From Naegleria gruberi (lineage: Eukaryota): 64,000 bases of DNA. The stretch's first letter is position 1. Each line of letters begins with the position of its first letter. Under the pieces are notes generated by a model that saw nothing but the letters and a program-made list of their open reading frames with translations, made no database searches and was not told the DNA's origin. Location of the stretch: NCBI GenBank assembly GCA_000004985.1, contig GG738888.1; one strand, given 5' to 3'. Made by a program: the position numbers and the translations under genes. Shown here one piece after another: positions 22,301 to 34,284 of this stretch.

Positions 22301-23826
22301 AATAATGTGAAGGCATAGTGATCTTGATGGAATGTGTAATTTGAAATTGATTCTGTAAAATAACCGTCTGTGGTTATCAATACATTGACACTCTTTGTAT
22401 CTTCATGCCTTTGCAAAGCCATTGAACTGTAATTTCCATACATGATATATGAAACTTGCCATTCTCCCTTTCTATAATTGGTAATCGATCTTACATTCAC
22501 CTTATACTCCACTTTATTCCTTCCTAACATATCTTTATAGAGACATCTCATTGCAAGGTACAAATCTTTTGAAATTCCTGAAATACTGTAAACTTGAACT
22601 CTTTCACAAGGTCTGTCAAAATTTTCCGCATGATTCATCTCTGAATTGTAGGAAGAATAATATTTGAGTTTCTTATCGTCTAATAAGGTTATACATGTAA
22701 ATGATTTCAACCCTTCATTGTCCATACATGATGTAACAAATTGGTCATTTCCTATCTGTTTCGAATATAAATCAACTTTCAAATCAAATCTGTATGAAGT
22801 ATTGGTCCACAAGTCAAGGATATTTCCACTTGTATCGAATTTAAGAATGTAAAATGAATGAAAATCAACATTGACATTGTCTATGATTGTGAAATTCTTT
22901 TGTTTTCTATCGAGCCAAGTTGTTGTACCGCTATAGTATCCACTCAGATACATTGTGGTATTTGAAATGGTTGCTTGATAGATCCTAACATAGGCAGTAG
23001 AATTGGTATTGTGTGTTTGGAAAGTCCACAATGGTTCCATTTCATAACTGTTCGATTTTCGACGAAATGCTTGGACAAAAGAATTCGAAACCAATTCGTT
23101 ATTTGCATTTGCATCTCTGTAAACCTTAAAAGATCCGTAAGAAAGGTAGGTATCTTCTTTTCCTCTTCCAGAAACATAAACTTCATCTCCTTTGACTAAA
23201 ACACTGAAAGGATTGTAACAATCTTTCGAATAGCAAAGATATTGAGTGTTCCATTGAAGTGTGCCATCATCAAGTGAAAATACAAAGAAAAGAGGACCTC
23301 CTGGTTGAGAAAATGGATGAATCTTGTTTGAAAGTGGCACATAGGCTGAAAGAAATACAAAAGCATATTTTTGATAATCAGAGGAAACTCCAACATCATA
23401 AAACTTGCAATCGTTTGTCTCACAATCTATTGAATATTGCCACAATATCGTTCCATCTGATTCGTTTAGTTTGATTACAAACAATGATTCCCTTGTGAGT
23501 GAATAGGGTGAAGTATTAAGAAATGAGGCACTTGGTTCAGTTTCGTTGGCTTTCGTCCCATTCACAAACTGATCTTCTACATTGACATTTGGATATAAAT
23601 ACAAATTCTCAGTAAATGTTCCACCCACTACCAAGTGTCCACTAGTAGTTGCAGTAAAACATTGGACACGAGCATCCTTTCCAGTCTTTGACGTGAGGAA
23701 CCAATTAATTTTGTGTGGTTGAAGATTTACAGAGGTTTCATGAGAGAAGGACGAGAAAAACACAAGAAACAGAAGAGTGATGAAGAATGACTTGTCGATG
23801 AAGGTGGATTTTGTCTCTAGATTCAT
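19331..23826 (-). CDS. receptor-like protein kinase: signal peptide, N-terminal globular region, ~16 EGF-like Cys repeats, TM helix, TKL-type kinase domain; 2 exons
   Basis: Exon1 23826..19934 (ATG MNLETKST... with A-rich context and signal peptide; track ORF starts earlier at 23889). Intron 19933..19887 (GTAAGT..TTCAG, 47 nt) splits the catalytic loop HR|DLKPGN. Exon2 19886..19331. Repeats of CxCxxG[WF]xGxxC[EQ][YF]P[IV]C; TM GWIIGITVSVPISFVMCVATIGCCVIYCY; kinase motifs VAVKK, HRDLKPGN, DFGLSR. Confidence 0.7.
19887..19933 (-). other. spliceosomal intron (47 nt, GTAAGT...TTCAG) in EGF-repeat receptor kinase
   Basis: Restores HR|DLKPGN catalytic loop; phase 2 (Arg codon ag|a). Confidence 0.75.
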
Positions 23827-23991
23827 TTTTTTTGTTTGTGCGTTGAATATTGAATGTTGAGTTGTTGTCACGGTTTTGTGGTGCAGCAACCTTGAAATGG
23901 AAGGAGCAGAAATTGCTAATATAGAAGTTATGGTTTAGTTGGTAGAATTAGTAAGTTAGACTGAATTAGTTTATAAATACAAACTTTTAAA

Positions 23992-26649
23992 TTAGAATCT
24001 ATTCACAGCGTCAATAGCATCATCCCTATCAGAGTAAAATTGCACTTTTTCCCCAAAATTTTTGTTTGCTTCTTGGATGTATTTGTTAGATAAACTATCT
24101 TCTCGAATTAAATTTGGATTGAATTCTTGATATTCACTTAGAGAGATGGTCGAATAACAATCATTACCAATGCCATCGAAGTCTTTGGTGATTTTGCAAA
24201 CCGTAGATACCATACTATCTGAAGAGCATGAGGACATATTGTCAATATAATCATCATCCTCATCATCAGCTCCACTATTTGTGGTGAAGGTCTCAAATAG
24301 GTCAATACAGATAAATACATCTTTTGATAAATTTTCAATATTTTGAATATAGCAGTCATAAGAGTCATCTCTTAATAGGGCATTAAACTGGCTATGGCAT
24401 GAATTGAAAGGTCCAAACATTATTCCAAATTTATCCATTAAAGTCTTGTTAGATTGGAATGTGTTCAACATGTCATGATCTATCAATGTTGAGTGTTGAT
24501 AGTTACATAATTGAGAATGTGCATTGGCTGTTTTAAATGTTTCATTTACAAAGTTTTCACAAGCTTGTTGAAGCAACATTCTAGCATTTGGCAACCAAAT
24601 ACTACTACTTCTATAATCTTGTGAAACTTGATAGATGAGGTTATTAAATAGTTTTTTTGGAATGGTACACGATTCTGCTCTAGATGTAACCATTGCTTCA
24701 TCAAAATGTTCTTCTCTCATGTTGATTGTATGCATTTCCTGATTGTTTAACTTGGCCTTCTTTACACCATTTCTAGAAAGAAGTGAAATGAATGAGTCTT
24801 CACATGGAATTTCCTGCAAAGCCAATTCAGTATCCCAATCATCCGACTCGAAATAACGTACACAATCTTTCACATCAATTTGAGAGAAATTATGCATATC
24901 TTCATCGAAAACCAAAGGATCAAATCTTTTTCTTTTTAGAACATTGTGATCTTGCTCAATTTCTTTATATCTACCAATCAAGCTCGAATAAGACAATCCT
25001 TCCTCATATTCTTCATCACTAGAATAATCGTCAATGTTAGTTTCTGGGCAATAATCTACCATTTCAACAACGCAATGCTCGTTTAGAGGAACTGGATCAA
25101 ACTCTGAATCATATGAATAATCTATTTCATCCCCCTCTTGATGGTATGAGTCTGTATTGTATAAAACTTGGTTGGCTTCAAAATTTTCATTCTCCAAGCA
25201 CTTGAGCCCATATCTATCAGTAATAATTTTAAGAATGGCATCTTCCTCGTTTTTTCTTCCTCTAAGAATATTAAAGGTATTTTGTATGGCAAGGTAGAGA
25301 CTCGATTTTCTTGAAAAATGTTTGTGAAAAGGATTGGCCATATATTTGTTAATTAATATATCAACCATTTCAACATTGCTCATCAGGACAGCATAGTGAA
25401 GCACAGAAAACATAGAATGATCTGAAATATAAGATTTTGAGTATGAATTGAGGCTAATATTGCTAATATTAACATTTTGATTATCAAAATAATCCAAAAG
25501 TGTCTGTTTTGTCAAGGTAGAGTCCACACTCAAGCAATACTCAAGCAATGGAATGCTATTTATCCATACAGCAAAGTGTTGCAAGTAAAACCCATTCGAA
25601 GATAATGGAATAATTCTATTCAAAGAGGTTGTTCTCTCAAAATTGCACATTTTAGACCTTCTGTCAATAAATTTGAGCTTTTCTACACAAATTCCAAACT
25701 TTCTTAATTCCTCAAAAATATAAATAGAGCACACTTTCTCCTCTCCATTCGATAATTTGATATTGAGATGAGAAAAGTTCTCTGCTATGAACAAGATGAT
25801 CTGCCTAGGAATGGAATTATTCATCGTCTCCATTTCGAACCAAAAAACTGACATTTCATCCTTTAAAAAGGTTTCCTTTTTCATGTTCATTTCTAAAAAT
25901 TCATATAAATTTCTATTGAAAATATCTGAAAATTCTAACTCTGGCTTTGGTTGATCTCTCCAATTGGTCACTGTTTGAATTGCTGGTTCAAATAGTTTGT
26001 GGAAAAAAACAACAATAGAATAACCAATATTTCTCATTCCCAAATGCTCAATCATTTCCTTTCCAAGAGATATTTCCAATAATAATTGCAAAATACAAGA
26101 CCTATTGTCAATAGAATATGCCTCTATCCATTCTTCAACCAAATCATGAAGTTGAGGACCATCATCAAACAAGTCCAATTCAGAACGTGCCACTAAAAGA
26201 CCTCTAACCATGTAATTCCAATTATTATTTTTCTTGTAGCCTATAAATTGATTTCTGAGAGAATGTTGCAGTAAGCCATCAATAAATGTATGACTCTTAT
26301 AGAATTGACAATTTTCTGATTCATTATCACTTTCAGAATCATCATCGGAATTATCCTCCATGTTATTCTTGTTTTCCTGTGTAGGTTCTCTATCTACCAC
26401 CATCAAATCACCAGCTGATGAAGCCACACGTTGAGTCTTTGATTTTCTTTGGTGATAATCCTTCTTTAAATTGGCTGGATCTCGGATCGAGCACAAATCC
26501 AATAACAATGAGAATGTAGAAGCATTATCGAGCATTTCATATGTTGTTCTATTAATTTGTCTCCACACAATCAAGTCTCTAACAAAAGAATATGGCTCTG
26601 CAAAGTAGCCAAATATCAAACACATAATCTCCGGTGGTAATTGATACAT
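23992..26649 (-). CDS. large hypothetical protein with N-terminal F-box-like motif and acidic low-complexity tracts
   Basis: 885-aa ORF; MYQLPPEIMCLIFGYFAEPYSFVRDLIVW F-box-like; DDDSESDNESE acidic runs. Confidence 0.45.
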   Translation of the reverse strand: MYQLPPEIMCLIFGYFAEPYSFVRDLIVWRQINRTTYEMLDNASTFSLLLDLCSIRDPANLKKDYHQRKSKTQRVASSAGDLMVVDREPTQENKNNMEDNSDDDSESDNESENCQFYKSHTFIDGLLQHSLRNQFIGYKKNNNWNYMVRGLLVARSELDLFDDGPQLHDLVEEWIEAYSIDNRSCILQLLLEISLGKEMIEHLGMRNIGYSIVVFFHKLFEPAIQTVTNWRDQPKPELEFSDIFNRNLYEFLEMNMKKETFLKDEMSVFWFEMETMNNSIPRQIILFIAENFSHLNIKLSNGEEKVCSIYIFEELRKFGICVEKLKFIDRRSKMCNFERTTSLNRIIPLSSNGFYLQHFAVWINSIPLLEYCLSVDSTLTKQTLLDYFDNQNVNISNISLNSYSKSYISDHSMFSVLHYAVLMSNVEMVDILINKYMANPFHKHFSRKSSLYLAIQNTFNILRGRKNEEDAILKIITDRYGLKCLENENFEANQVLYNTDSYHQEGDEIDYSYDSEFDPVPLNEHCVVEMVDYCPETNIDDYSSDEEYEEGLSYSSLIGRYKEIEQDHNVLKRKRFDPLVFDEDMHNFSQIDVKDCVRYFESDDWDTELALQEIPCEDSFISLLSRNGVKKAKLNNQEMHTINMREEHFDEAMVTSRAESCTIPKKLFNNLIYQVSQDYRSSSIWLPNARMLLQQACENFVNETFKTANAHSQLCNYQHSTLIDHDMLNTFQSNKTLMDKFGIMFGPFNSCHSQFNALLRDDSYDCYIQNIENLSKDVFICIDLFETFTTNSGADDEDDDYIDNMSSCSSDSMVSTVCKITKDFDGIGNDCYSTISLSEYQEFNPNLIREDSLSNKYIQEANKNFGEKVQFYSDRDDAIDAVNRF

Positions 26650-26973
26650 TTTTTATAATCCATTTTCAACTGAAAAGATAATCTATTTTACAACAACACT
26701 ATTTGTTTGCCCATCGTCATCATGCAAATTATTTTAGTTGCTTACTAAATTTTTGGTGTAGGCTGTAGTTGATTTTTTAATGATAAAATTTAAAATATTT
26801 ATTTAATTTAAAAAACCAAATGTAACGGCAAGCATTTCGATTGCAGAGATCATTCAGTGGTAGAGAAAAAAACCTCCGCAATACTTTCACTTATCAGTGT
26901 AGTAAACACAACATATTTCATAAGCCGCTTATCCTTTGAAGCAGCATCAGAAACTAACCATCAATCCATCACC

Positions 26974-27886
26974 ATGATTTTCAAAGGCTCACCCGTGTCA
27001 TCTTTTAGAAAAATAACAACCAACTACTTTTCTTCAGTTCATCATCACAACATTAATAATTTAATGATGACATCACAGCAGCCACACAGAAGGTTTTTCC
27101 AATTCAACCTCCAACTATTATCAAGTACATTATCGGCGAGGGTGGTAAAAACATTAAAGATATTCAAGAACGAAGCAAGTGCAAAGTGTCAATTAATAGT
27201 GCCAATAGTTCGGTTTTGATTAGTGGAGAAACGAGTGGCAATGTTGAAAATGGATGGAAATTGGTAGAGGAAACGATGAGGTCTTTCGGTTGGAGATATT
27301 CTCACGATTTGAAGGTTTTTCAAGAGGTCATTAATGAAGGTTTGTTTCTTTGGAATTTAAATTCAAAACATGTTATGGAAATAGCACAAAAACTATTTGC
27401 TGAGTTGGAGTCTAAAATTGAGCAGGAAGCAAATGAGATGGGTTCTTGTTTTGAAAAGTCACAAAAGGCCTTTAAACAAGACAAGAAGGCAGATGCCAAA
27501 AAGTGGAGTGATGAAGGAAAGAAACATCAGATACTGATGGAACAATACAGGAGAGAATCATCGGCAAAGATGTTAAATTTTGTGTAAGTATTCGCCTTTC
27601 GCTATTGGTTGAATTGACCACAAAATTACTACAAAGAAACAAGAATAATGGAGTTGAAGTGCTGGATTTACATGGACAATATTCTGAATTTGCTTTGGAT
27701 ATTCTGAAGAATAGAATAGCAGAGTTGAGAAAGAAACAAATTAAACAATTAACAGTAATTTATGGAGCTGGAAATCACTCAAACAAAAAGTATCCAATTA
27801 TCAAGAATTCTGTAACAACCTATCTCAAGAATCAAAGAATTTCTTACGAAGAAAGCAATGCTGGTCAACTAGTTGCAAAGATTTAA
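26974..27886 (+). CDS. KH domain - DUF1771 - Smr domain protein (N4BP2/Cue2-like architecture), 2 exons plus one apparent frameshift
   Basis: Three track ORFs. KH motif (TIIKYIIGEGGKNIKDIQERSKCKVSI) lies in frame 0 opening at 27060 while the upstream part is frame 1. Adding one T to the T5 run at 27094-27098 joins them. DUF1771-like helical region (KKADAKKWSDEGKKHQILMEQYRRES). Intron 27584..27636 (GTAAGT..AAAG, 53 nt, phase 2). Last exon 27637..27886 encodes Smr (VEVLDLHGQ...VIYGAGNHS). Start codon uncertain (26974 or 27064). Confidence 0.55.
27584..27636 (+). other. spliceosomal intron (53 nt, GTAAGT...AAAG) before Smr exon
   Basis: Phase 2 (gt|a); joins DUF1771 region to VEVLDLHGQ. Confidence 0.6.
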
Positions 27887-28660
27887 TCCTTTAAAGCTTT
27901 CTCAATATCTTTTGCAATAGAAAGAGGATCAGTTGTTGGAGCATATCTTCCAATTACTTTTCCTTCCTTATTGATGAGGAATTTGGTAAAGTTCCACTTG
28001 ATATTGGTTGATCCGAGAAATCCTCCAGGTCCTTCTTGCTTTAAGAATTGGTAAATTGGGTGAGCATTGTCACCATTCACTTCAATCTTCTCCATGATTT
28101 TGAAGGTTACTTTGAAACGATCTTTGGTGAATGCACAGATTTCTTCTGTGGAACCCTTTTCCTGATTGAAAGAGTTGGAAGGGAAGGCAATGACTTCAAA
28201 TTTGCCATCCTTCCCGTACTTGTCATATAATTCTTGTAGTCCCTCTAACAATATTTAATTAATAATATATATATTAATATGATTATCAAATTATTATATA
28301 ATATAATATATTCTACTTACTGTACTGAGGAGTAAAACCACAATTTGAAGCAACATTAACAATCAAGCACACTTTCCCTCTCATTTCACTCATACTGATG
28401 GTTTCACCAGTTTGTCCACTGGTAGCACTCAAGTCATAAAACTTTGATGATGCTTGTGCTTCATAGGACTGTTGAGTAGTATGAAAGTACATTAATGAGC
28501 ATCCTCCGACAATAGCTGTTGTGATGAGCTTGGTTGATAAAGTAGGATGGACAACAATACCATTCTTGCTATTATTGAAAGATTTGATAGAAGAAGAGGT
28601 TGATACTAGTGTTGATCGAATATGGCGACCACAATTTCGGATCAATTGATTTCTGAGCAT
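27883..28660 (-). CDS. glutathione peroxidase (Cys-type) with N-terminal extension, 2 exons
   Basis: Exon1 28660..28321 ends [16 protein letters not shown]. Intron 28320..28245 (GTAAGT..TTAG, 76 nt, AT-rich). Exon2 28244..27883 ([28 protein letters not shown]...WNFTKFL). Phases 1+2 consistent; N-terminal ~70 aa looks like a targeting/anchor sequence. Confidence 0.75.
28245..28320 (-). other. spliceosomal intron (76 nt, GTAAGT...TTAG) in glutathione peroxidase
   Basis: Joins CGFTPQY to (K)[10 protein letters not shown]; phase 1. Confidence 0.7.
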
Positions 28661-28760
28661 TTTGTTTTAAATTGATCAATCCCTATCATTGAAGTTCCAA
28701 CTAGTTATTGTGTTACAATCACAACTTCTTGTATTATGACGATTTTCCCACACAAAAAAA

Positions 28761-31700
28761 ATGGAGCAAAACCTAAAGAGAAGTCATGATGACATGGTTG
28801 AGAATGAGCAGAGATCTACTACCTTGTCCTCTGTTGATGCTAGTGTTCAAGAACCGGAAAGGAAAAAGATAAAAGCTAACAATGTTGAAGAACTTGTGGA
28901 GGAGACTAAATATTGGTATCATATTATTGCTAGTTTGGATAATGGTCCAGTTAATTATAAGAGTTTTGATCAATTAGAGAAGGGGCTCACAGATAGGGAA
29001 AAAGTGATTGAAAATATCAATCAATTATGGCATGTTCACAAAGCTAGATTGATTTTGGAAAGTTTGGATTTGTCCAATCCATATTGGAATGAAGATTGGT
29101 TCGAATTAACAAACAATGTTGGTGAATTACCAGATACTGAATATGAAGATGTCAAACTAAAAGATAAGGTTACAGCAGAGGAATTGGGACTAACAAGTGA
29201 AATATCCAAAGATCTACTCAAGGAATATATTAGTAAGAGAGAGGATATTGAATCACACAGCTTATTCTTGGTAGAAAAGCTGTTCAAGAAATGTTTGGTT
29301 CAATCTGTTGAAGAAATCACAGAAATGATAGACAAATGTATTGAAATAGATGAAAAGAATGTTGAGGTTTACTTTAGACAATTAATGGATTCAGATCTGC
29401 CTTATGATATGAGCTCCAGAAAGACAATTCTTGATCAATGGAGCAAGTACATTTTACCACAAATTGTGAAAACTCAAAATGAGTTGAATATGATAGATGA
29501 TCCAGTTAGTTTGTCAACAAACGAAGAATCCAAAACAGTTAGCAAGTTTGTACTTGAAAATGATAGTGAAGATACTGACGCCTTCTTACTGGAGACAATG
29601 CTCTTTGGAGATGAGGAACACATTAAAATAGTCAAGCAAGATGAAAAAGATGATGAAGAGGATTTCAACGATGATTACGTCCCTGATATCTTTTACTGCT
29701 CATATTTATTTGACATGGAGCTTCCTGACGAGAAGGGAAAAATAGGATCAAACTTTTTAGGATTATTGCATTGTGAGCACAACAATTCTAACGAAAACAT
29801 CTACCTTAAAATTATAGAAATTGTGATGAAAATGCATATGATTGGTGTTGCTCCTCAAGAACACCAGGAAATTGAGGTATCAGAATTGAGATTGGCAGTC
29901 TCTTTAATGATTTTGGATTGTCTTAACAAGGAGTTGACTTATTTGATTCTATCTCAGAGTAAAGAATCCACATACATGCTTTATAGACCATTAGTGAGAG
30001 CAATCCTTGACCAATTTATTGTTGACTATTGTAACCCAACCAAGTATGACAAGTATATGTTTGTGATATGCACAAATCCTGACATCCAACCAATGATAAA
30101 TGTCATGTTTGAAGAAGAGTCTGTAGTAGACACTGATAATTTAACATGGGATGTTGTGCAAACTCAAAGAGGTTCATGTTTAGATGAGGAAGAAGAAAAT
30201 AATGACGTACAACAATCAGTAAAAGAAAAACATCCTATTTGGGAGAGTACTGTCGACAAATTGAAGGAAAAATACTTTACACACCAAACAGAGGCACATT
30301 CTAAAATAAGTAGACAGAATTTGGATGATTCAATGTATATTACCTATTATACAGATAGAGACAATGCTATTAGTGAACCATTATCAAATCAAAATTTGGT
30401 TTCCTTTTACAGATATGTAAGTTTTCAAATATTCAAAATCTCTAAAACTTTTTAAAGGATTTTTTCGATTACAGTGAAGAACCATTTACCTATGAACAAA
30501 CAGCTGATAATCTGATTGAAAATAGATCAATAGATTGTTATTACAAGAATGATAAATCTCTACATCTGGATTTAACAAGATTATTGAGAAGAGGTGGTGT
30601 TGCATCATTTGATGAAGGACTACTTCTTGAGGCATATAGTACTTTGAAGAATTATATTTCACTCAGCTTGCAAACTCTTGAAGATATTTCTGAAGATGGC
30701 ATTGTTGAAGTAGATCATGTGGAAAAAGTTGCCAAACTACTGGCTATAAAAGGCGGTACTAATGGAAGAGAGTACATTCGTCTAGAACTTCCATACTATT
30801 ACAAACTAGACTATCAACAAGATACTCCAGTTGCAAAAGAGCTGGATGATGTCAGAGATTTAGAAGAAGATTTATTGAGAGGTACCGAAATTGTTGAACT
30901 TGAACCAGTTAGTGCTAGTACCAATCAAGAAATACCAGAGGGTTTAGGAAAGGATCTCTACAATGCTTTAAATAATGAACAATTTAGTTCATTGTGTGAT
31001 AGTTTTATTCAAACTGAGGATGGTGCCAAGGTTGGAGTTTTTACTCCAATCATTAAAGATAGATTACCAGAGTTTTATAGTCAATACTTTGATAGCGAAG
31101 AAAAGAGAAAGAACGGCCTTTGCATAACATCAGTACATTTTGAAGTTCAGGAGGGAGAACAATTAATCTTTGATGAAGTGGTTATCACCAAATGGTTGAC
31201 TTGCATTTATACTGGTATATTTGAAATCGAGTCTTCAGAAGAAGAGAAAAATATATTAACAATTGAGAAGTTATTGGCCAAATGGGTTCCAAGAGAAGAA
31301 GTCTCTTTGAAAGAACCAAAACATGAAACGCAACCACCACAAGCAACTGCTATAATGATAGACGAAAATGAGGAGGAGGATTCAGAAGAAGAATCAAGTG
31401 AGGAAGATTCAGAAGAAGAAAGCCAAGCTTATCAAGAAGAATCTGATTCAGACTCGGAAGAAGGCATATATAATTATAGTGATGAAGAAGAAGAATCCAT
31501 ATATTACAAAAAAATTAAAGAAGAAGAGGAAAAAACATTTAAATGTGAACCACTTTCTAGACTATTTCTTGATGAAGAAGGAAAGGATTTCTCTCTGGTT
31601 GTGAATAGCCATATAGTTAAAGTTCACAAGTACATTCTTAGCATTAGAAGCTCTTATTTCAAAGTACTATTTTTAGGAAATTTCTCTGACAAGAACATTT

Positions 31701-32332
31701 CAGAATATGATGTTTCAGATTTCTTAAAGAATCCACATTCGTTGGACTTGTTCGTCTACTTTTTGTACCACGACACGTTGGAGAATGAAAACTTTACACT
31801 AGAACATTATAAGTATCAAAATTTGATTGATTTGGAAGAATTTTCGCAATTTGTATTGTCTGAAAGATTGAAATCAGAATGCGTCTCGAAACTTATTAGC
31901 CATTCAACTTTGGAACAAACAGTTGAAATGTTAAGAACAAGTTTAGAAGCAAACAAGGAAGAAGTTTTCAACATTGCACATACCATCCTCCTCAAAACTC
32001 AATATCCATACTTTAATGGCACTATAATTGATGATGTCACCACTCAATACTATCAAGTTATGTGCACTTCTTTAACATTGGAAAACTCTCTTGTAAAATT
32101 GGACTATCTCAACAAGATTGAACAAACAACCACAGCCTTACATCCATTCATACTCAATCAAATCAAATCCCAAATAGAAAACCTTCACTGGTTCATTGCC
32201 AACCGAGCTTCATCTCTCGATAACAAATTTATCCGAACTTTACCTCAACCTGTTCAAGAGTTAATCTCTCGCTTCTTCACGCATGATAATTTGGGCATGG
32301 CAAGTTTTGAGGAGGTAACTATTGAAGAATAA
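28761..32332 (+). CDS. large acidic hypothetical protein (composite of ORFs 28761..30455 and 30584..32332)
   Basis: Downstream ORF has no ATG for ~250 codons and its frame is open back to 30446, so it must be 3' to the upstream ORF (ATG 28761 in cacaaaaaaaATGg context). Two junction models, each needing a single 1-nt correction. One is a canonical 58-nt intron 30417..30474 (GTAAGT...TTACAG) that leaves a 1-nt phase error. The other is read-through with one extra T in the T5 run 30449-30453. Glu/Asp/Ser-rich stretches; no family assigned. Confidence 0.4.
30417..30474 (+). other. putative spliceosomal intron (58 nt, GTAAGT...TTACAG) with 1-nt phase discrepancy
   Basis: Canonical donor, pyrimidine-rich 3' end and AG; as written, splicing gives an immediate TGA. 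Confidence 0.35.
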
Positions 32333-32485
32333 TTCAATCATACATAGATATTTATTATTAACTAGTGTATTTCTTCTCTGAGATTGTGAGTAAAATTGTA
32401 CAGTATTCTGTTTCATATCTTTACATCAGTTAGGTGTAGAAATGAATTTATTTTACAATTATCAGAAAGAATATATCTATTGGTT

Positions 32486-32911
32486 TTAGAAAATATTATA
32501 AACCTTATCTGATTTCTTTGCCTTTCTAGCGCATTCCAATCTCTTCTCTTCAGTCTTGACAATCTCCTGACAGAATGGTTTGTGAACTTTCCAATTGGAT
32601 TTCATACACTCTACAGAACAATATCTTTCAATCTTGCATCCACCACAATAATGATTTGCTTTCTTTCCACAATTGGCACATTTAAAGTCGAATTTCAAAC
32701 GACACTTTGCAGGATGAGACAGAATTGGATAGTTTGGCTTGAACAAGATAGCACCCTTAGTATTGAACAATGCATAAATAACTTGTTGAACGGAAACATC
32801 GACGAGACCTCTATCTGTTCTGGCTATTTCAAGCTTCTCTAAAGTGTCACGTTTTTCTTCTTCTGAAGTGTCAGGAGAGAAACCAAATTTTACAGGTTTT
32901 GGAAAGGTCAT
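32486..32911 (-). CDS. MYND-type zinc finger protein
   Basis: 141 aa; CANCGKKANHYCGGCKIERYCSVECMKSNWKVHKPFC is a canonical MYND C4-C2HC finger. Confidence 0.6.
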   Translation of the reverse strand: MTFPKPVKFGFSPDTSEEEKRDTLEKLEIARTDRGLVDVSVQQVIYALFNTKGAILFKPNYPILSHPAKCRLKFDFKCANCGKKANHYCGGCKIERYCSVECMKSNWKVHKPFCQEIVKTEEKRLECARKAKKSDKVYNIF

Positions 32912-32945
32912 GCAACAAATCTTTTCAAAGTAAGCTTGTTGTTCC

Positions 32946-34066
32946 TTAATCCATTGAGCTGAAATAAATTGGTTGAAAATGATGAATATTTAGAATGTTA
33001 AACGACTTACCTTGAGCTGGGAAACATGGAATTCTTGAATTGATTGGTACATCTTGACACATCTCAGCAATAAGATTTGGAATTTGTGCAAATAACGAAT
33101 CAACAAAAATAAATTGGATCATATTTAACCAATCTTGGAAATTCTCATTCTTGTGCAAAGTTGTTCCAAACTCAAAGGCCAACTTGATACTTTGCATTCG
33201 TGTAAAATTCTCCTTGTATATTTCAACAATTTTCTCTCTAAACACGTATCTCCTTTCTTTGGTTCCTTTCATTAAAGTGCTTTCCAATTGTTCTGGAATG
33301 TCTTCATATTCTGCATTGATCATTTCCCAGCCTTTCTGAACTATTACAAGATTATGCTTGAATAATTCCATTGCAATTTTGTCTTTGGAGTTATTCTCAT
33401 AAGTTTTGGAACGCTTGGCTATTTCTTCTTGAATCATTTCTACTTTCTTTGATGAAATCTTCTTTTTGGCAAGTGATTGACTGGCATTGGCAGTTGTTTT
33501 TTCATGTTCTTTAGGAGAAAAAGCAGCTCTATACGAATCAAAAGTTGGATCCAAACGTTTTCTCATTTCATACGAGCCAGAAAAAATTATTTCATTATCA
33601 ACTTGATGCATGAGAATCTTTTTGAGATAAACGAGAGTGAAAATAGTGCACATCTTGTCCTGAGTTTCGGTTAATCTTGTTCCCTCAATAACTTCTCCCT
33701 CAATTTCATGAAATTGAACTGATAATTGCTTTCTCAATATGAAATTGCTGAGAAGATTACAGACGAAACAAAGCTTGTGTTGAGGAGAAAGATTATCGTA
33801 CATATTTCTGAAAACAGTGTTATGTGAAAAGAAGCCACTATATTCAACAAAGACTATTCACCAAGATGATTTACAACCTTATTCGAAACAAGTTTAAACT
33901 TACCTTCCTTTTCAGGATGAGAAACATTCAAATCTACAAAACGCTCCCAATCTCTAATAATTCGTGGAATCAACAATTTGAATAATTCACAATACTTTTC
34001 ATACATTGGCAATCTCTCCAAAGGAAATGCTATAACTTTACTACACAATTCGTCCCAATCATACAT
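32946..34066 (-). CDS. hypothetical protein, 2 exons (phase discrepancy at splice)
   Basis: Exon1 34066..33904 (first in-frame ATG MYDWDELCSK; track ORF begins at TTG 34135). Intron 33903..33808 (GTAAGT...TTTTCAG, 96 nt). Exon2 33807..32946. Phases sum to 2 nt, so one base seems missing, likely in the A3 run at 33805-33807. Confidence 0.4.
33808..33903 (-). other. spliceosomal intron (96 nt, GTAAGT...TTTTCAG), 1-nt phase discrepancy
   Basis: Canonical signals join ORFs 33854..34135 and 32946..33803 but phases sum to 2. Confidence 0.45.
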
Positions 34067-34284
34067 TCCAGTCCTTTCGTATTTGGTTGTGTTGACATTT
34101 TTTTTTGGTTGTTTTTTCTTGAAACTAACTCTCAAAGGAGGAACATATTGGGCTAGGCTTGCGCGACAATATTGTAAACTAGGCTATTTTTTTCAAAGCC
34201 TTTGTTTTTCTGGGTTAGTTTCTATACAACAAGTTTAACAAGTTTGGTTGGTGGTTCGATTCCTGGCGCTGTTAACAATATTTT

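Noticed and set aside
28255-28312. (TA)n/TATAAT-rich stretch resembling a promoter TATA box
   Set aside because: It is inside the 76-nt glutathione peroxidase intron between well-supported exons, so it is intronic AT-rich filler.
34141-34275. tRNA-like fragment (GGTTCGATTCC T-loop-like sequence at ~34250-34262) and short direct repeat CTAGGCT at 34153/34180
   Set aside because: No complete cloverleaf can be folded on either strand; the flanking stems do not pair. It is probably a chance T-loop-like motif or a decayed tRNA/SINE remnant in a promoter region.
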